64,000 nucleotides of DNA from Clostridia bacterium (GCA_017411805.1 JAFQPI010000014.1:10060-74059); one strand, 5' to 3'; shown: positions 30,861 through 40,074, counted from the stretch's first letter. The notes: generated by a model from the sequence alone, not told the origin. Made by a program: numbers and translations.

Positions 30861-31070
30861 GGAATACTTTGTTGGGGTCACAATGCAACATGTTTATATT
30901 GCAATTTCAGCGATTTTTATGAGCATAACTGGGTCTGGATACCACACATCGCATGTCCTCAGACGACAGCTATTATCCCTACTCCCGGCATAAACTCAAT
31001 TCCGGGCGATAGCGAAGAACTTATTGTTGCGCTTCCTCCGTCTGATGACAAAGAGGAAATGGCAGAATAA
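30861..31070 (+). pseudogene. remnant of the C-terminal Cys/His-rich tail of an S8-protease-like gene
   Basis: 70 stop-free codons with no start codon. HNATCLYCNFSDFYEHNWVW aligns with HRQYCSHCGYTTTSYHTWIAF, and LIVALPPSDDKEEMAE aligns with VTALLPPENEDELSGE, of the 38103-40058 protein. Confidence 0.45.
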
Positions 31071-31085
31071 AATCACTTAATACTT

Positions 31086-31118
31086 TCGGGTCAGGCTCAA
31101 TTGCTGAGTCTGACCCGA
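31086..31118. terminator. bidirectional terminator
   Basis: TCGGGTCAGGCTCA-attgc-TGAGTCTGACCCGA. Confidence 0.7.
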
Positions 31119-31137
31119 TTATTAATCCTATATCAAA

Positions 31138-31932
31138 TTATTTCTCAAATCCAAGCTGCGTAAACACGTCGGGGGTGACGTTGCCCTTTACTTTGCCTGC
31201 GGCTACGCGCTCTTCGTAGTTATCAACGTGGTGGGGGCAATGATCCTTGTATTCGTAGCCGGGGGTGATGGGAGCTGCCCAGTAAACGGCGTTGGTAATG
31301 ATACGCTGAACGTAGGGGTTATGGAAGGAGGGGCAGGTCTCGTGACCGGGTTGGAAGTAGAAGATCTTGCCAGCGTCGCGCAGATAGGTCATACCCGAGC
31401 GGAAGATGTAGCCGTCCTCGTACCATCCGCCGAAGATGAGCTCGGTCGGCTGAGGAACGAAGAAGGGCTCTGCGTAAAGCTCCTCGGATTCGATGAAGAA
31501 CTTGTCGGGAATGCCCGCCGCGATCGGGTGAGTGGGGAGCATATTCCACATGATCTCTCTCTGCTCGCGTCCCCAGGTAAGATTGCCCATAGTTCCGACG
31601 ATCGCGCGGAAGGGCTTGGAGTGGTGAGCCGAATGGAGCGCGATGAAGCCCATCTTGCCCATATAAACGCGGCGTTGGATCTTGGTTACGAGCGCGTCGT
31701 TTACCTCTCCGTGTGCCATATGTCCCCACCAGATGAGAACGTCGGTGTTGTTCAGTACTTCATCGGGAAGACCCTGATCGGGGTCGTCGAGAGCGGCAAG
31801 AGTTACCTCGATATCATCGTTCTTCGAAAGAAATTCGCCGATGGTGGCGTGAAGACCGTTCGGATAGATAGCCTTGCAGGTCTCGTTCGTCTTTTCGTGT
31901 CTGAATTCGTTCCAGATAGTTACTCTGATCAT
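31138..31932 (-). CDS. ThuA-domain protein (trehalose-utilisation-like)
   Basis: IRVTIWNEFRHE start, VLIWWGHMAH, and FFQPGHE-like motifs typical of ThuA. Confidence 0.8.
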   Translation of the reverse strand: MIRVTIWNEFRHEKTNETCKAIYPNGLHATIGEFLSKNDDIEVTLAALDDPDQGLPDEVLNNTDVLIWWGHMAHGEVNDALVTKIQRRVYMGKMGFIALHSAHHSKPFRAIVGTMGNLTWGREQREIMWNMLPTHPIAAGIPDKFFIESEELYAEPFFVPQPTELIFGGWYEDGYIFRSGMTYLRDAGKIFYFQPGHETCPSFHNPYVQRIITNAVYWAAPITPGYEYKDHCPHHVDNYEERVAAGKVKGNVTPDVFTQLGFEK

Positions 31933-32119
31933 GGTTTATGTACTCCTTAAATTAAATTTCATTTCATTAATAAATAATAATCGTTTTTTCGGTGGCTTTG
32001 CCGACGGAAAAACACCTCATAGACGAGCCTTTGCGAGTCCGCGCGCCGAGGGGAGCTGCCAAAATCGAAGATTTTGGCAAGTGGCGATAAGCGCGCGTAA
32101 TCAAGTGTAAAACGGAGTT

Positions 32120-32908
32120 TTACACTTGGATTTTTAAGCCGTCGTATGCGGGAGTGACTCCGAAGGGTGCAAGCCGTGCGGCGGTGTCCTCGTGAGTCGT
32201 GTGTAGGGTGCGCGCCATATGGGTCGCGTAATATTTGCAATCGTCGGCAGTCGCCTTTTGCGCCACGATCGACTCCATCATAATGCCGATCATAGCGATA
32301 TTGGTGTGACCGAAAACGCGCTCGTCGCCGGGAGCGTAGCCCGTGGTGCACTCGAATATCATCGCGTTCGGCTTTGCCTTCTTGATCTTCTTGTATGTCT
32401 CGTACATCAGCCAACCGCTGTCCGAGCCGTAGAAGAAGGAGCGGTCGCCCTGCTTTACGATGAAGTTCAGCGGAATCTCGCCTGCGGGTAGGTCGCCGTG
32501 ATTGGCATAGCAAGGAAGGACTTCATAGTCGCCGATAATCACACCCGCCATCGGTGTCAGAGGATGGAATACGGGGAGCACGTCAGAGTCGCTTGCCGCC
32601 GCCTTAAGCTTTTCGTAAGCCGCGGGCTGTGCCCAGAAATGAAGCTCGAAGCTCGATTCCTTAGTCAGCCTGATAAGCGTTTGAGCGTTGAAATGGTCGC
32701 TGTGCGAGTGGGTGAGAATGACGTTCTTTACATTTTTATATAAGTCGGGTTTGCCGTAGTCTTCGGCAAAATCATAAATGCAGGGACCCGGATCGATCAG
32801 AAGATCGTCGCCGACGAGTGCAGATGAAAGACGGCGGTAGAGCGAGCCGCCCTTGTGCTTTGGGGACCAGTCAGCCGCGCCCGTGCCGAGAAAGAGAAGT
32901 TCCATCAT
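32120..32908 (-). CDS. MBL-fold metallo-hydrolase
   Basis: THSHSDH metal-binding motif. 262 aa. Confidence 0.8.
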   Translation of the reverse strand: MMELLFLGTGAADWSPKHKGGSLYRRLSSALVGDDLLIDPGPCIYDFAEDYGKPDLYKNVKNVILTHSHSDHFNAQTLIRLTKESSFELHFWAQPAAYEKLKAAASDSDVLPVFHPLTPMAGVIIGDYEVLPCYANHGDLPAGEIPLNFIVKQGDRSFFYGSDSGWLMYETYKKIKKAKPNAMIFECTTGYAPGDERVFGHTNIAMIGIMMESIVAQKATADDCKYYATHMARTLHTTHEDTAARLAPFGVTPAYDGLKIQV

Positions 32909-32915
32909 ATACTCC

Positions 32916-33614
32916 TTATTGAGGTTTATCGTTATCCTTGATCATCTCGAAATTGCCCGAACGGAGAATTTCGAGAAGCTGCTCGTTCGATGTGATGGGC
33001 TCGTCGGTCAGAATACCGCCGGCAAATCCGCCCTCTATTGTACGATGATAGTCGCTTCCCGAGGTGCCGATGAGTCCGAAACGCTCAGCCCAGATGCGGG
33101 CGATGTCGTTGCGGCTGTCCTGCGTGGGGTTGCCGTTGAATACCTCGATTCCGTCGAGGTACTGAGGATTGACCATCTGCATGTGGTCACGGAAGGGATG
33201 AGCCTGCAAAAAGAGGAATCCCGCCTCGCGTACTCTTGCGGAGACCTCGGGGGTGGGGACGTCGTAAAGATCCTCATTGCGGCGGAGGAAATCCTCGTCG
33301 AGACCGTAGATGAGGTAGTCGTTTTCGTCAAGATTTGAACGAAGCTCACAGCCGAAGATGACGTTTATCTTGCCCTCGGCGGATTCCTTCAGCTCGTGAT
33401 AGCCTTTCATATAGTAATCGACCTTTTCCTGCCAGGGAAGAGCGGAGAGGTCGCCCATGCGCTTGTTTTTGAAGGTGAAGCGGGAAAAATGATTTGTGAG
33501 CACGATCGTGTGGTAGCCGTGCGCGATGTGATCCCGCACTATCTCCTCGGGAAACGCCTTGGCGCAAGCCGAAACGGGAGCGGAGTGACAGTGCAGTTCG
33601 GTTTTGAATTTCAT
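32916..33614 (-). CDS. PHP-domain protein
   Basis: ELHCHS N-terminal motif and GSDYH near the C-terminus. SD GAAAGG precedes the ATG at 33614. Confidence 0.7.
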   Translation of the reverse strand: MKFKTELHCHSAPVSACAKAFPEEIVRDHIAHGYHTIVLTNHFSRFTFKNKRMGDLSALPWQEKVDYYMKGYHELKESAEGKINVIFGCELRSNLDENDYLIYGLDEDFLRRNEDLYDVPTPEVSARVREAGFLFLQAHPFRDHMQMVNPQYLDGIEVFNGNPTQDSRNDIARIWAERFGLIGTSGSDYHRTIEGGFAGGILTDEPITSNEQLLEILRSGNFEMIKDNDKPQ

Positions 33615-33728
33615 AATAATGCCTTTCGTTTTTTGCTGATTATCACATATAATGATACTACATTTTCCCGATTTTTTCAAGTATTTGAGCAATTTTTTGC
33701 AAAAACTTTTTTCAATTTTGAATTATAC

Positions 33729-33757
33729 TTGAATTTGAATTAAATGTATGATATAAT
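33729..33757 (+). promoter_or_regulatory. sigma-A promoter
   Basis: TTGAAT, 17 nt, TATAAT. Confidence 0.65.
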
Positions 33758-33789
33758 TTAATCAAATTAACCTTATTGCGAGGTACAAT

Positions 33790-34626
33790 ATGGAAAAATT
33801 CAGACTTTGCGCATTTGCCGACGAGGCTGACAAGGCGATATCGGGTCAAGTCAAGGCGTTGCATGAAAACGAAATAAAGCTCATCGAGCTTCGCGGAGTT
33901 GACGGCAAGAACGTCGCCGATCTCATTCCATCCGAGGCGCAGGGGCTCAAAAAGAGATTCGACTGCGAGGGCATTGCCGTTTGGTCGATCGGATCGCCTA
34001 TCGGAAAGGTCGATATAACCTCTCCCGCCGCGGATGAGCTCGATCGCTTCAAGAGAGTTCTTGAGACCGCGAATATCCTTTCCGCTGAAAATATCAGAAT
34101 GTTCAGCTTTTACAAGACCGATTCCTCGTCAGCTTGCTTTGACGAGATCTGCCGCCGACTCGACGATATGATAGCCGCGGCAAAGGGCTCGGGCGTTGAT
34201 CTTTGCCACGAAAACGAAAAGGGCATCTTCGGCGATACCGCGGAGCATTGTTATAAGCTCCACGCGGCACTCCCCGCATTCCGCGGAGTTTTCGATCCCG
34301 CAAACTTCGTTCAGTGCGGCGAGGATACTCTCGTTGCCTGGGAGCTCCTTAAACCCTTTATGAAATACGCGCATATCAAGGACGCCAAAGAGGACGGCAA
34401 GGTCGTTCCTCCGGGTGTTGGAATCGGACATGTGCCCGAGCTTCTGCCGAAATTTGCGGAGTCGGGAATCGAGGTCCTGACACTCGAGCCGCATCTCAAA
34501 TCCTTTGTCGGACTTGCCGCTCTCGAGGGCGGTGATACACAGCACGTCGGTTCATCCTTTAAGGACAACCGCGAGGCGTTCGATTACGCCGTAAATACTT
34601 TGAAAAAATTAATTTCCGAATGTTAA
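33790..34626 (+). CDS. sugar phosphate isomerase/epimerase (xylose isomerase-like TIM barrel)
   Basis: Family blocks IKLIELR, VDLCHENE, HIKDA. Confidence 0.8.
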   Translation: MEKFRLCAFADEADKAISGQVKALHENEIKLIELRGVDGKNVADLIPSEAQGLKKRFDCEGIAVWSIGSPIGKVDITSPAADELDRFKRVLETANILSAENIRMFSFYKTDSSSACFDEICRRLDDMIAAAKGSGVDLCHENEKGIFGDTAEHCYKLHAALPAFRGVFDPANFVQCGEDTLVAWELLKPFMKYAHIKDAKEDGKVVPPGVGIGHVPELLPKFAESGIEVLTLEPHLKSFVGLAALEGGDTQHVGSSFKDNREAFDYAVNTLKKLISEC

Positions 34627-34641
34627 GGGAGGAACAGAAAA

Positions 34642-35418
34642 ATGATTGCAGGTGCACAGCTTTATACTCTGAGAGATTACTGCAAAACGACCGAGGATCT
34701 TGAGTCCACTATCCGCCGTATGGCAGAGATAGGCTACAAGGCGGTCCAGCTTTCGGGCGTTTGCGAATTTGATGCCAAGTGGATGCGCGATCTCCTCAAG
34801 GATTGCGGTCTCGTCGCGCCCCTCACTCACACAGGCTACAAGCGCATCGTCGAGGACACCGACCGTGTTATCGAGGAGCATATTACATATGGCGCGGGAT
34901 ACGTCGGACTCGGCTCGATGCCGAATTTCAAGAAGTCGAATTGCGACCTTGAGGTTTATGATAACTACTGCCGCGAGATCGCTCCCGCAGTTGAAAAGAT
35001 CGCCGCCGCAGGTCTGAAATTCATGTACCACAACCATAATATGGAGTTTATGAAGCTGCCAAGCGGCAAGGTTCTGCTTGAGGATATGGCTGAACGCTTC
35101 GACACTCCCGCATACGGATTTACCGTTGATACATATTGGGTCCAGGCGGGCGGCGCAGACCCCGCAGAGTGGCTGCAGAAGCTTGCGGGACGCATAGACA
35201 CCATTCATTTCAAGGATATGGTCTACGATCCGAACGATCTTGCCGTAAGAATGGCACCCGTCGGATGGGGTAATATCAACCACGTTTCCGCCGCGCGTGC
35301 CGCAGAGGCGGGCGGAACGAAGTACGTCTTCGTCGAGCAGGACCGCTGCTATGACGAGGATCCCTTCGTTTGCATGAAGAAAAGCTATGATTATCTTAAG
35401 GAGATCGGACTCGAATGA
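34642..35418 (+). CDS. sugar phosphate isomerase/epimerase (xylose isomerase-like TIM barrel)
   Basis: Family blocks GYKAVQLSG, MYHNH, HFKD, VEQD. Confidence 0.8.
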   Translation: MIAGAQLYTLRDYCKTTEDLESTIRRMAEIGYKAVQLSGVCEFDAKWMRDLLKDCGLVAPLTHTGYKRIVEDTDRVIEEHITYGAGYVGLGSMPNFKKSNCDLEVYDNYCREIAPAVEKIAAAGLKFMYHNHNMEFMKLPSGKVLLEDMAERFDTPAYGFTVDTYWVQAGGADPAEWLQKLAGRIDTIHFKDMVYDPNDLAVRMAPVGWGNINHVSAARAAEAGGTKYVFVEQDRCYDEDPFVCMKKSYDYLKEIGLE

Positions 35419-36599
35419 GAAAGCTGAAATTAGGTATTATCGGAGTCGGTAACATCGGCTCGAAGCATTACGGACACGTGCTTGACGGAAAGTGCCCCGA
35501 TATTGAGATCACAGCCATAGCCGACCGTCGCAAGGTGCGCCGTGATTGGGCTATGGAAAAGTATGCCGAGGCAAAGGCAAAGGGATACTCCGCCGAGGCT
35601 CCCGCAGTTTTCACCGAGGGTGACGACCTTGTAGCGTCGGGACTTTGCGAGGCTGTCCTTATCGCGGTTCCTCATTACGATCATCCTCATTTTGCAATAG
35701 AAGCCTTCCGTCACGGACAGCACGTTATGTGCGAGAAGCCCGCGGGCGTTTATACGCTTCAGGTCCGCGAGATGATCGCGGAGGCGGATAAGCATCCCGA
35801 GCTCGTCTTTGGCATGATGTTCAATCAGCGCACCAATCCCGTTTACCGCAAGATGCACGATATAATCGCGTCGGGCGAGATTGGTCAGATCAGAAGAACA
35901 AGCTGGCTCATTACCGATTGGTATCGCTCGCAGTATTATTATGACTCGGGCGATTGGCGCGCAACATGGAGCGGAGAGGGCGGAGGCGTCCTTCTTAATC
36001 AGTGCCCGCATCAGCTCGATCTCTGGCAGTGGATCTGCGGACTTCCCGTAAAGGTCCATGCAAAGATGAAGTACGGAAAGTGGCATAATATCGAGGTCGA
36101 GGACGACGTAAGCTGCTGGTGTGAGTATGAAAACGGTGCAACGGGTACCTTCATTACAACCACGGGTGACTGCCCCGGCACGAACCGCTTTGAGATCGTC
36201 TGCGACGGCGGTACGCTCGTCTGCGACAAGACTTCGCTCAAGCTATACAGACTTAATCCTTGGGAGCCCGAGTATTCGAAGACGACAAAGAAGGTCTTCG
36301 GCAAACCCGAGGTCACCGAGGAGATCCCTGTGCTTGAGGGCGAGAACTCACAGCACGTCGGTGTACTTAACGCTTTTGCCGATGCTATTCTGAACGGGGG
36401 CAAGCTCGTAGCCGACGGACGCGAGGGAATCCGCGGACTTATGATCTCGAACGCAATGCATCTTTCGGATTGGCTTAATAAGGAAGTTGAGCTTCCCTTC
36501 GACGAGGAGCTTTATTACAACCTGCTCAAGGAAAAGATTGCAACCTCAAGAAAGAAGACCGCCGAGACGGTTGACGGCGATACGGAAGGAAGCTATTGA
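35415..36599 (+). CDS. Gfo/Idh/MocA-family NAD(P)-dependent oxidoreductase
   Basis: N-terminal Rossmann motif LGIIGVGNIGSKH and an EKP catalytic-region motif. Confidence 0.85.
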   Translation: MRKLKLGIIGVGNIGSKHYGHVLDGKCPDIEITAIADRRKVRRDWAMEKYAEAKAKGYSAEAPAVFTEGDDLVASGLCEAVLIAVPHYDHPHFAIEAFRHGQHVMCEKPAGVYTLQVREMIAEADKHPELVFGMMFNQRTNPVYRKMHDIIASGEIGQIRRTSWLITDWYRSQYYYDSGDWRATWSGEGGGVLLNQCPHQLDLWQWICGLPVKVHAKMKYGKWHNIEVEDDVSCWCEYENGATGTFITTTGDCPGTNRFEIVCDGGTLVCDKTSLKLYRLNPWEPEYSKTTKKVFGKPEVTEEIPVLEGENSQHVGVLNAFADAILNGGKLVADGREGIRGLMISNAMHLSDWLNKEVELPFDEELYYNLLKEKIATSRKKTAETVDGDTEGSY

Positions 36600-36614
36600 T
36601 CTAATATCTGAAAC

Positions 36615-36652
36615 GGGGATGATTCGTCAAAATGAGTCATCCCCTTGGTTTT
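36615..36652 (+). terminator. rho-independent terminator
   Basis: GGGGATGA.TC...GA.TCATCCCC hairpin followed by TTGGTTTT. Confidence 0.7.
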
Positions 36653-36653
36653 C

Positions 36654-36697
36654 GTATGATTGCACAAAAATCGAGCGTGCTTTTTGTGCAATCATAC
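36654..36697. other. perfect 17-bp inverted repeat with 10-nt spacer (no flanking T-run)
   Basis: GTATGATTGCACAAAAA-N10-TTTTTGTGCAATCATAC, about 105 bp upstream of the sigma gene start. Confidence 0.8.
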
Positions 36698-36803
36698 AAA
36701 AATAAAAAACTTCCCGAAATCGTGCGACGATTTGGCATGTTTTGGGTACTTAAGGGATGAAAGCGCTTTTCAGTAAAAATACGACGAAAGGAGTTGAAGG
36801 CTT

Positions 36804-37361
36804 TTGAATGATGATAGAATTGTAGAGATGATATATGAGAACGACGAGCAAGGTCTGCGCGAGGCAGAGGCGAAGTATCGAGGTCTTTGCTATTCGATAG
36901 CGGAGAATATTCTGACGCAGAACGAGGACCGTGAGGAATGCGTAAGCGACGCGATGCTCGCCCTCTGGAACAGTATTCCGCCGGAAAGGCCTCAGAATCT
37001 GCGTGCCTATATAGCAAGGCTGGTAAAAAACAGCGCGCTTAAAAAATCGCGGGCAAACAATATGTGGAAGAGGTGCGCCAATTATACGGCGGCGGGGAAT
37101 GATCTGCTTGACCTCATTCCTGACGGCATGAGCGTTGCGGAAGGCTACGAGATATCGATGATCGGAAAGATCATCAACGAATTCCTCGCCGGCATGACCC
37201 AGAGAGACCGCGATATTTTCGTGCTCCGCTATTGGTACCGCGACACGGTGCCGCAGATCAGCAAAAAAACAGGCTGCTCCGAAAGCCTGATCAAATCCCT
37301 TATTGCAAGACTCAAAAACAGACTCCGTGAGGAGCTCAGGAAGGAAGGTATTATAGTATGA
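36804..37361 (+). CDS. sigma-70 family (ECF-like) RNA polymerase sigma factor
   Basis: TTG start 10 nt after AAAGGAG. Regions 2 and 4 are recognisable (FVLRYWYRDTVPQISKKTGCSESLIKSLIARLKNRL). Confidence 0.8.
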   Translation: MNDDRIVEMIYENDEQGLREAEAKYRGLCYSIAENILTQNEDREECVSDAMLALWNSIPPERPQNLRAYIARLVKNSALKKSRANNMWKRCANYTAAGNDLLDLIPDGMSVAEGYEISMIGKIINEFLAGMTQRDRDIFVLRYWYRDTVPQISKKTGCSESLIKSLIARLKNRLREELRKEGIIV

Positions 37362-38089
37362 ACGCAGAAGTATTCAAGGATACAAGATTGCTCGAGGCGC
37401 TTGAGCTTATAGACGATAAATATATCGCCGACGCAGCAAGATACAATATGGACTATGTTCCGAGAGCAAATGAAGTGCCCGTCCGCACTTGGAAGACACC
37501 CTTCAAGTATTGGAAGCAATTCACCGCCCTCGCGGCATGCGTGGTCTTGTTTGCCTTTTCGGCACCGATATTCAGTTACTTTTCAAAAGTGATCGGCAAC
37601 TGGGGCGCCGCCGCGGGAAGCGAAAATTCAACCGAAATAGCAGAAACACCTGAAACCACAAACGGAATGTATGACGAGTATATTCTGACCGAAGAAGATC
37701 TGGCAGAGCTTAATGAGGCGTATTTTAAGAGGAATATTTTAGATAATCCAGAACATACCAATATGAATGAGGAAGAACTCAACAGGGTCAAAAATAGTAA
37801 ATATGGAAAATTTGCAGAAACGGTCGAGCAGGCAATGATAAGAATAATCGTCGGAGGCCCATGTTATTTTGGGAAATTCGAGAATAGCATTGTAATAGCA
37901 TATACCGGAAGAAGTTTTCATTGTAGCTATGTTATCGGTAATGACGTTTTTGAATTTCCTACTCAAAATATATTAGTTTGTTATGACTCTACTTTCTATG
38001 AACTCGATGAGGCTTATGAATTGGGTTTTATAACTGAAAAAGATGTAAAGAAGATATACGAATTATCCAAAACTTATTATTACAACTAA
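37358..38089 (+). CDS. single-pass membrane protein, putative anti-sigma factor
   Basis: Overlaps the sigma gene stop. The N-terminal LLEALELIDDKYIADAA block is typical of sigma-adjacent proteins in Clostridia. One TM helix. Confidence 0.6.
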   Translation: MNAEVFKDTRLLEALELIDDKYIADAARYNMDYVPRANEVPVRTWKTPFKYWKQFTALAACVVLFAFSAPIFSYFSKVIGNWGAAAGSENSTEIAETPETTNGMYDEYILTEEDLAELNEAYFKRNILDNPEHTNMNEEELNRVKNSKYGKFAETVEQAMIRIIVGGPCYFGKFENSIVIAYTGRSFHCSYVIGNDVFEFPTQNILVCYDSTFYELDEAYELGFITEKDVKKIYELSKTYYYN

Positions 38090-38102
38090 AGAGGTAAAGA
38101 AT

Positions 38103-40058
38103 ATGAGAAAAATAATTAGTTTATTATTGTGTTTTATAATTACTCTGTCGGCGTCTTATAACACTTGCTATGCAATTGAAACTGAAGATGAGTATAGTAT
38201 TTCACCGGAAGAAGATTTTTCGGATAATCGAATTATTGTTGTTTTAGACAACAAAACCAGTTTGAATTTTAATCAATACGGAACATCCGACTTTTCAATA
38301 ATTGATTGCAAACAAGTGTTAGATATTTCTGATACTGCAGGAATAGAAGTAAAAAATGACATTGAAAATGTTAAACTCAATTTAAATAATCAAGAACCTC
38401 TTCAAGAATATAACGGAGTTTCATTAAGTGAGTATCATCAAATACTGTGCCTCGAATTAAGCAATCCGGGAAAAGATACAGTAATAGAGGCTATAGAAAA
38501 AATCGAAAAAATGGAAGGCGTACTTTACGCAATTCCGGATTATAAAATTATGGCTATGCGTACTACTAATGATCCTATCCTGTCAGATAACGAGGTTGAC
38601 TGTAGTTATTTGGATGTCATAGACTTATATGATGCATGGAACATTACTACAGGATCAGATAATGTCAAAGTAGGAATTATTGATTCCGGAGTAGACGCTT
38701 ATCACGAAGATTTATTCGGTAATGTCAATACTTTACTAGCCAAATCTTACACCAGCGGTTGGGAGGTGGAGAGTGACGGAATGGATAATTCTGGGCATGG
38801 AAGTCATGTAGCTGGTATTATTGGTGCTAAAGGTAACAATAATATTGGTATAAGTGGTGTTTGTTGGGATGTTGAGATGACTTCACTGGTTGTTTTAACA
38901 TCAGATGGTGATGGATATGCTTCAAATTTGATTCAGGCTCTAAATTATGCAAATAATAAATTTGATATAATAAATTTAAGTGCTGGTTGGTACTTACATA
39001 AAACAAACGCCGATGGAGCATTAATATACAATAGTAATTATGATGCAGTATTCTCTGCGGCCATTAGTAATTTTAACGGTCTTGTGGTTTGTTCAGCGGG
39101 TAATTCTAACTACAACATTGATGAAAGAGCAATATATCCTTCATGGTATCATTGCTCAAATGTAATTACTGTCGGCGCAAGCACAAACAATGATCAAATA
39201 TGGATACATGATTCAAAAAATGGCTCCAATTATGGCAAAACAAATGTTGATCTATTTGCGCCGGGAGTGTCAATTCTATCAACTACTCCTTACAGCGTAT
39301 GCGATGATTATGATGATTATGATGTAAACTCACATTATAGTTCATATTATCATTACGAAACCGGTACATCAATGGCTGCTCCATTCGTCACCGGCGTAGC
39401 CGCGCTGATGCTTTCTGTAAACCCCAATTTGAGTGCGACACAATTAAAGGACATCATAGTACGAAGCGTAGATGTTATTCCCGCTTTGGAGGATTACTGC
39501 GTAAGCGGCGGAAGACTAAATGCATACAAAGCGGTTCGCACTGCAGAAATGTACCGATGGGCAAATAATATCTCCTATGAGGAGCTATCTCAGGACGATA
39601 CTCTTTATACTAAGGCGCACGGCGTTTGGTATGATAATTGTGAGTGCAGTTGCCGTAATGATGACCTTTCTTGCGGAGATGATTATTGTGAATACTATTG
39701 CGACCCTTGCGAAGGATGTCATTACTACTTTACCGAATTGCACAGTTGGAGTTATTCCCCGGGTCACCCAACTAATTATAATACTCACCGTCAGTATTGC
39801 TCGCATTGCGGCTATACAACTACAAGTTATCACACTTGGATAGCATTTGAAGGAGGTGTCATATGTTCAGATTGCGGTCAGGAAGAAGATTTCGGATCTG
39901 TCGTTATGAGCCTTTCCGACGCCGAGCTTACTTCATATCTTTCAACACTATCGGATGAAGAGCTTGGCTCGTTCATCGCCTCTCTCCCCGAGGATCAGCT
40001 TGACCGCGTGACGGCACTTCTTCCGCCCGAGAATGAAGATGAGCTTTCAGGCGAATAA
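38103..40058 (+). CDS. S8-family (subtilisin-like) serine peptidase with Cys/His-rich C-terminal extension and acidic tail
   Basis: Signal peptide. Catalytic D (IIDSGVDAYHEDL), H (GHGSHVAGII) and S (GTSMAAPFVTG). The C-terminus carries many CxxC and HxW motifs. The gene is markedly AT-rich. Confidence 0.85.
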   Translation: MRKIISLLLCFIITLSASYNTCYAIETEDEYSISPEEDFSDNRIIVVLDNKTSLNFNQYGTSDFSIIDCKQVLDISDTAGIEVKNDIENVKLNLNNQEPLQEYNGVSLSEYHQILCLELSNPGKDTVIEAIEKIEKMEGVLYAIPDYKIMAMRTTNDPILSDNEVDCSYLDVIDLYDAWNITTGSDNVKVGIIDSGVDAYHEDLFGNVNTLLAKSYTSGWEVESDGMDNSGHGSHVAGIIGAKGNNNIGISGVCWDVEMTSLVVLTSDGDGYASNLIQALNYANNKFDIINLSAGWYLHKTNADGALIYNSNYDAVFSAAISNFNGLVVCSAGNSNYNIDERAIYPSWYHCSNVITVGASTNNDQIWIHDSKNGSNYGKTNVDLFAPGVSILSTTPYSVCDDYDDYDVNSHYSSYYHYETGTSMAAPFVTGVAALMLSVNPNLSATQLKDIIVRSVDVIPALEDYCVSGGRLNAYKAVRTAEMYRWANNISYEELSQDDTLYTKAHGVWYDNCECSCRNDDLSCGDDYCEYYCDPCEGCHYYFTELHSWSYSPGHPTNYNTHRQYCSHCGYTTTSYHTWIAFEGGVICSDCGQEEDFGSVVMSLSDAELTSYLSTLSDEELGSFIASLPEDQLDRVTALLPPENEDELSGE

Positions 40059-40074
40059 ATCTTTAAATAATTAA

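Noticed and set aside
30858-31070. Programmed TGA read-through or selenocysteine joining the lipoprotein to the downstream 70 codons.
   Set aside because: The paralogous protein (37358-38089) terminates at the equivalent residue. I saw no SECIS-like hairpin immediately after the TGA. The downstream segment is homologous to a different gene, the protease tail.
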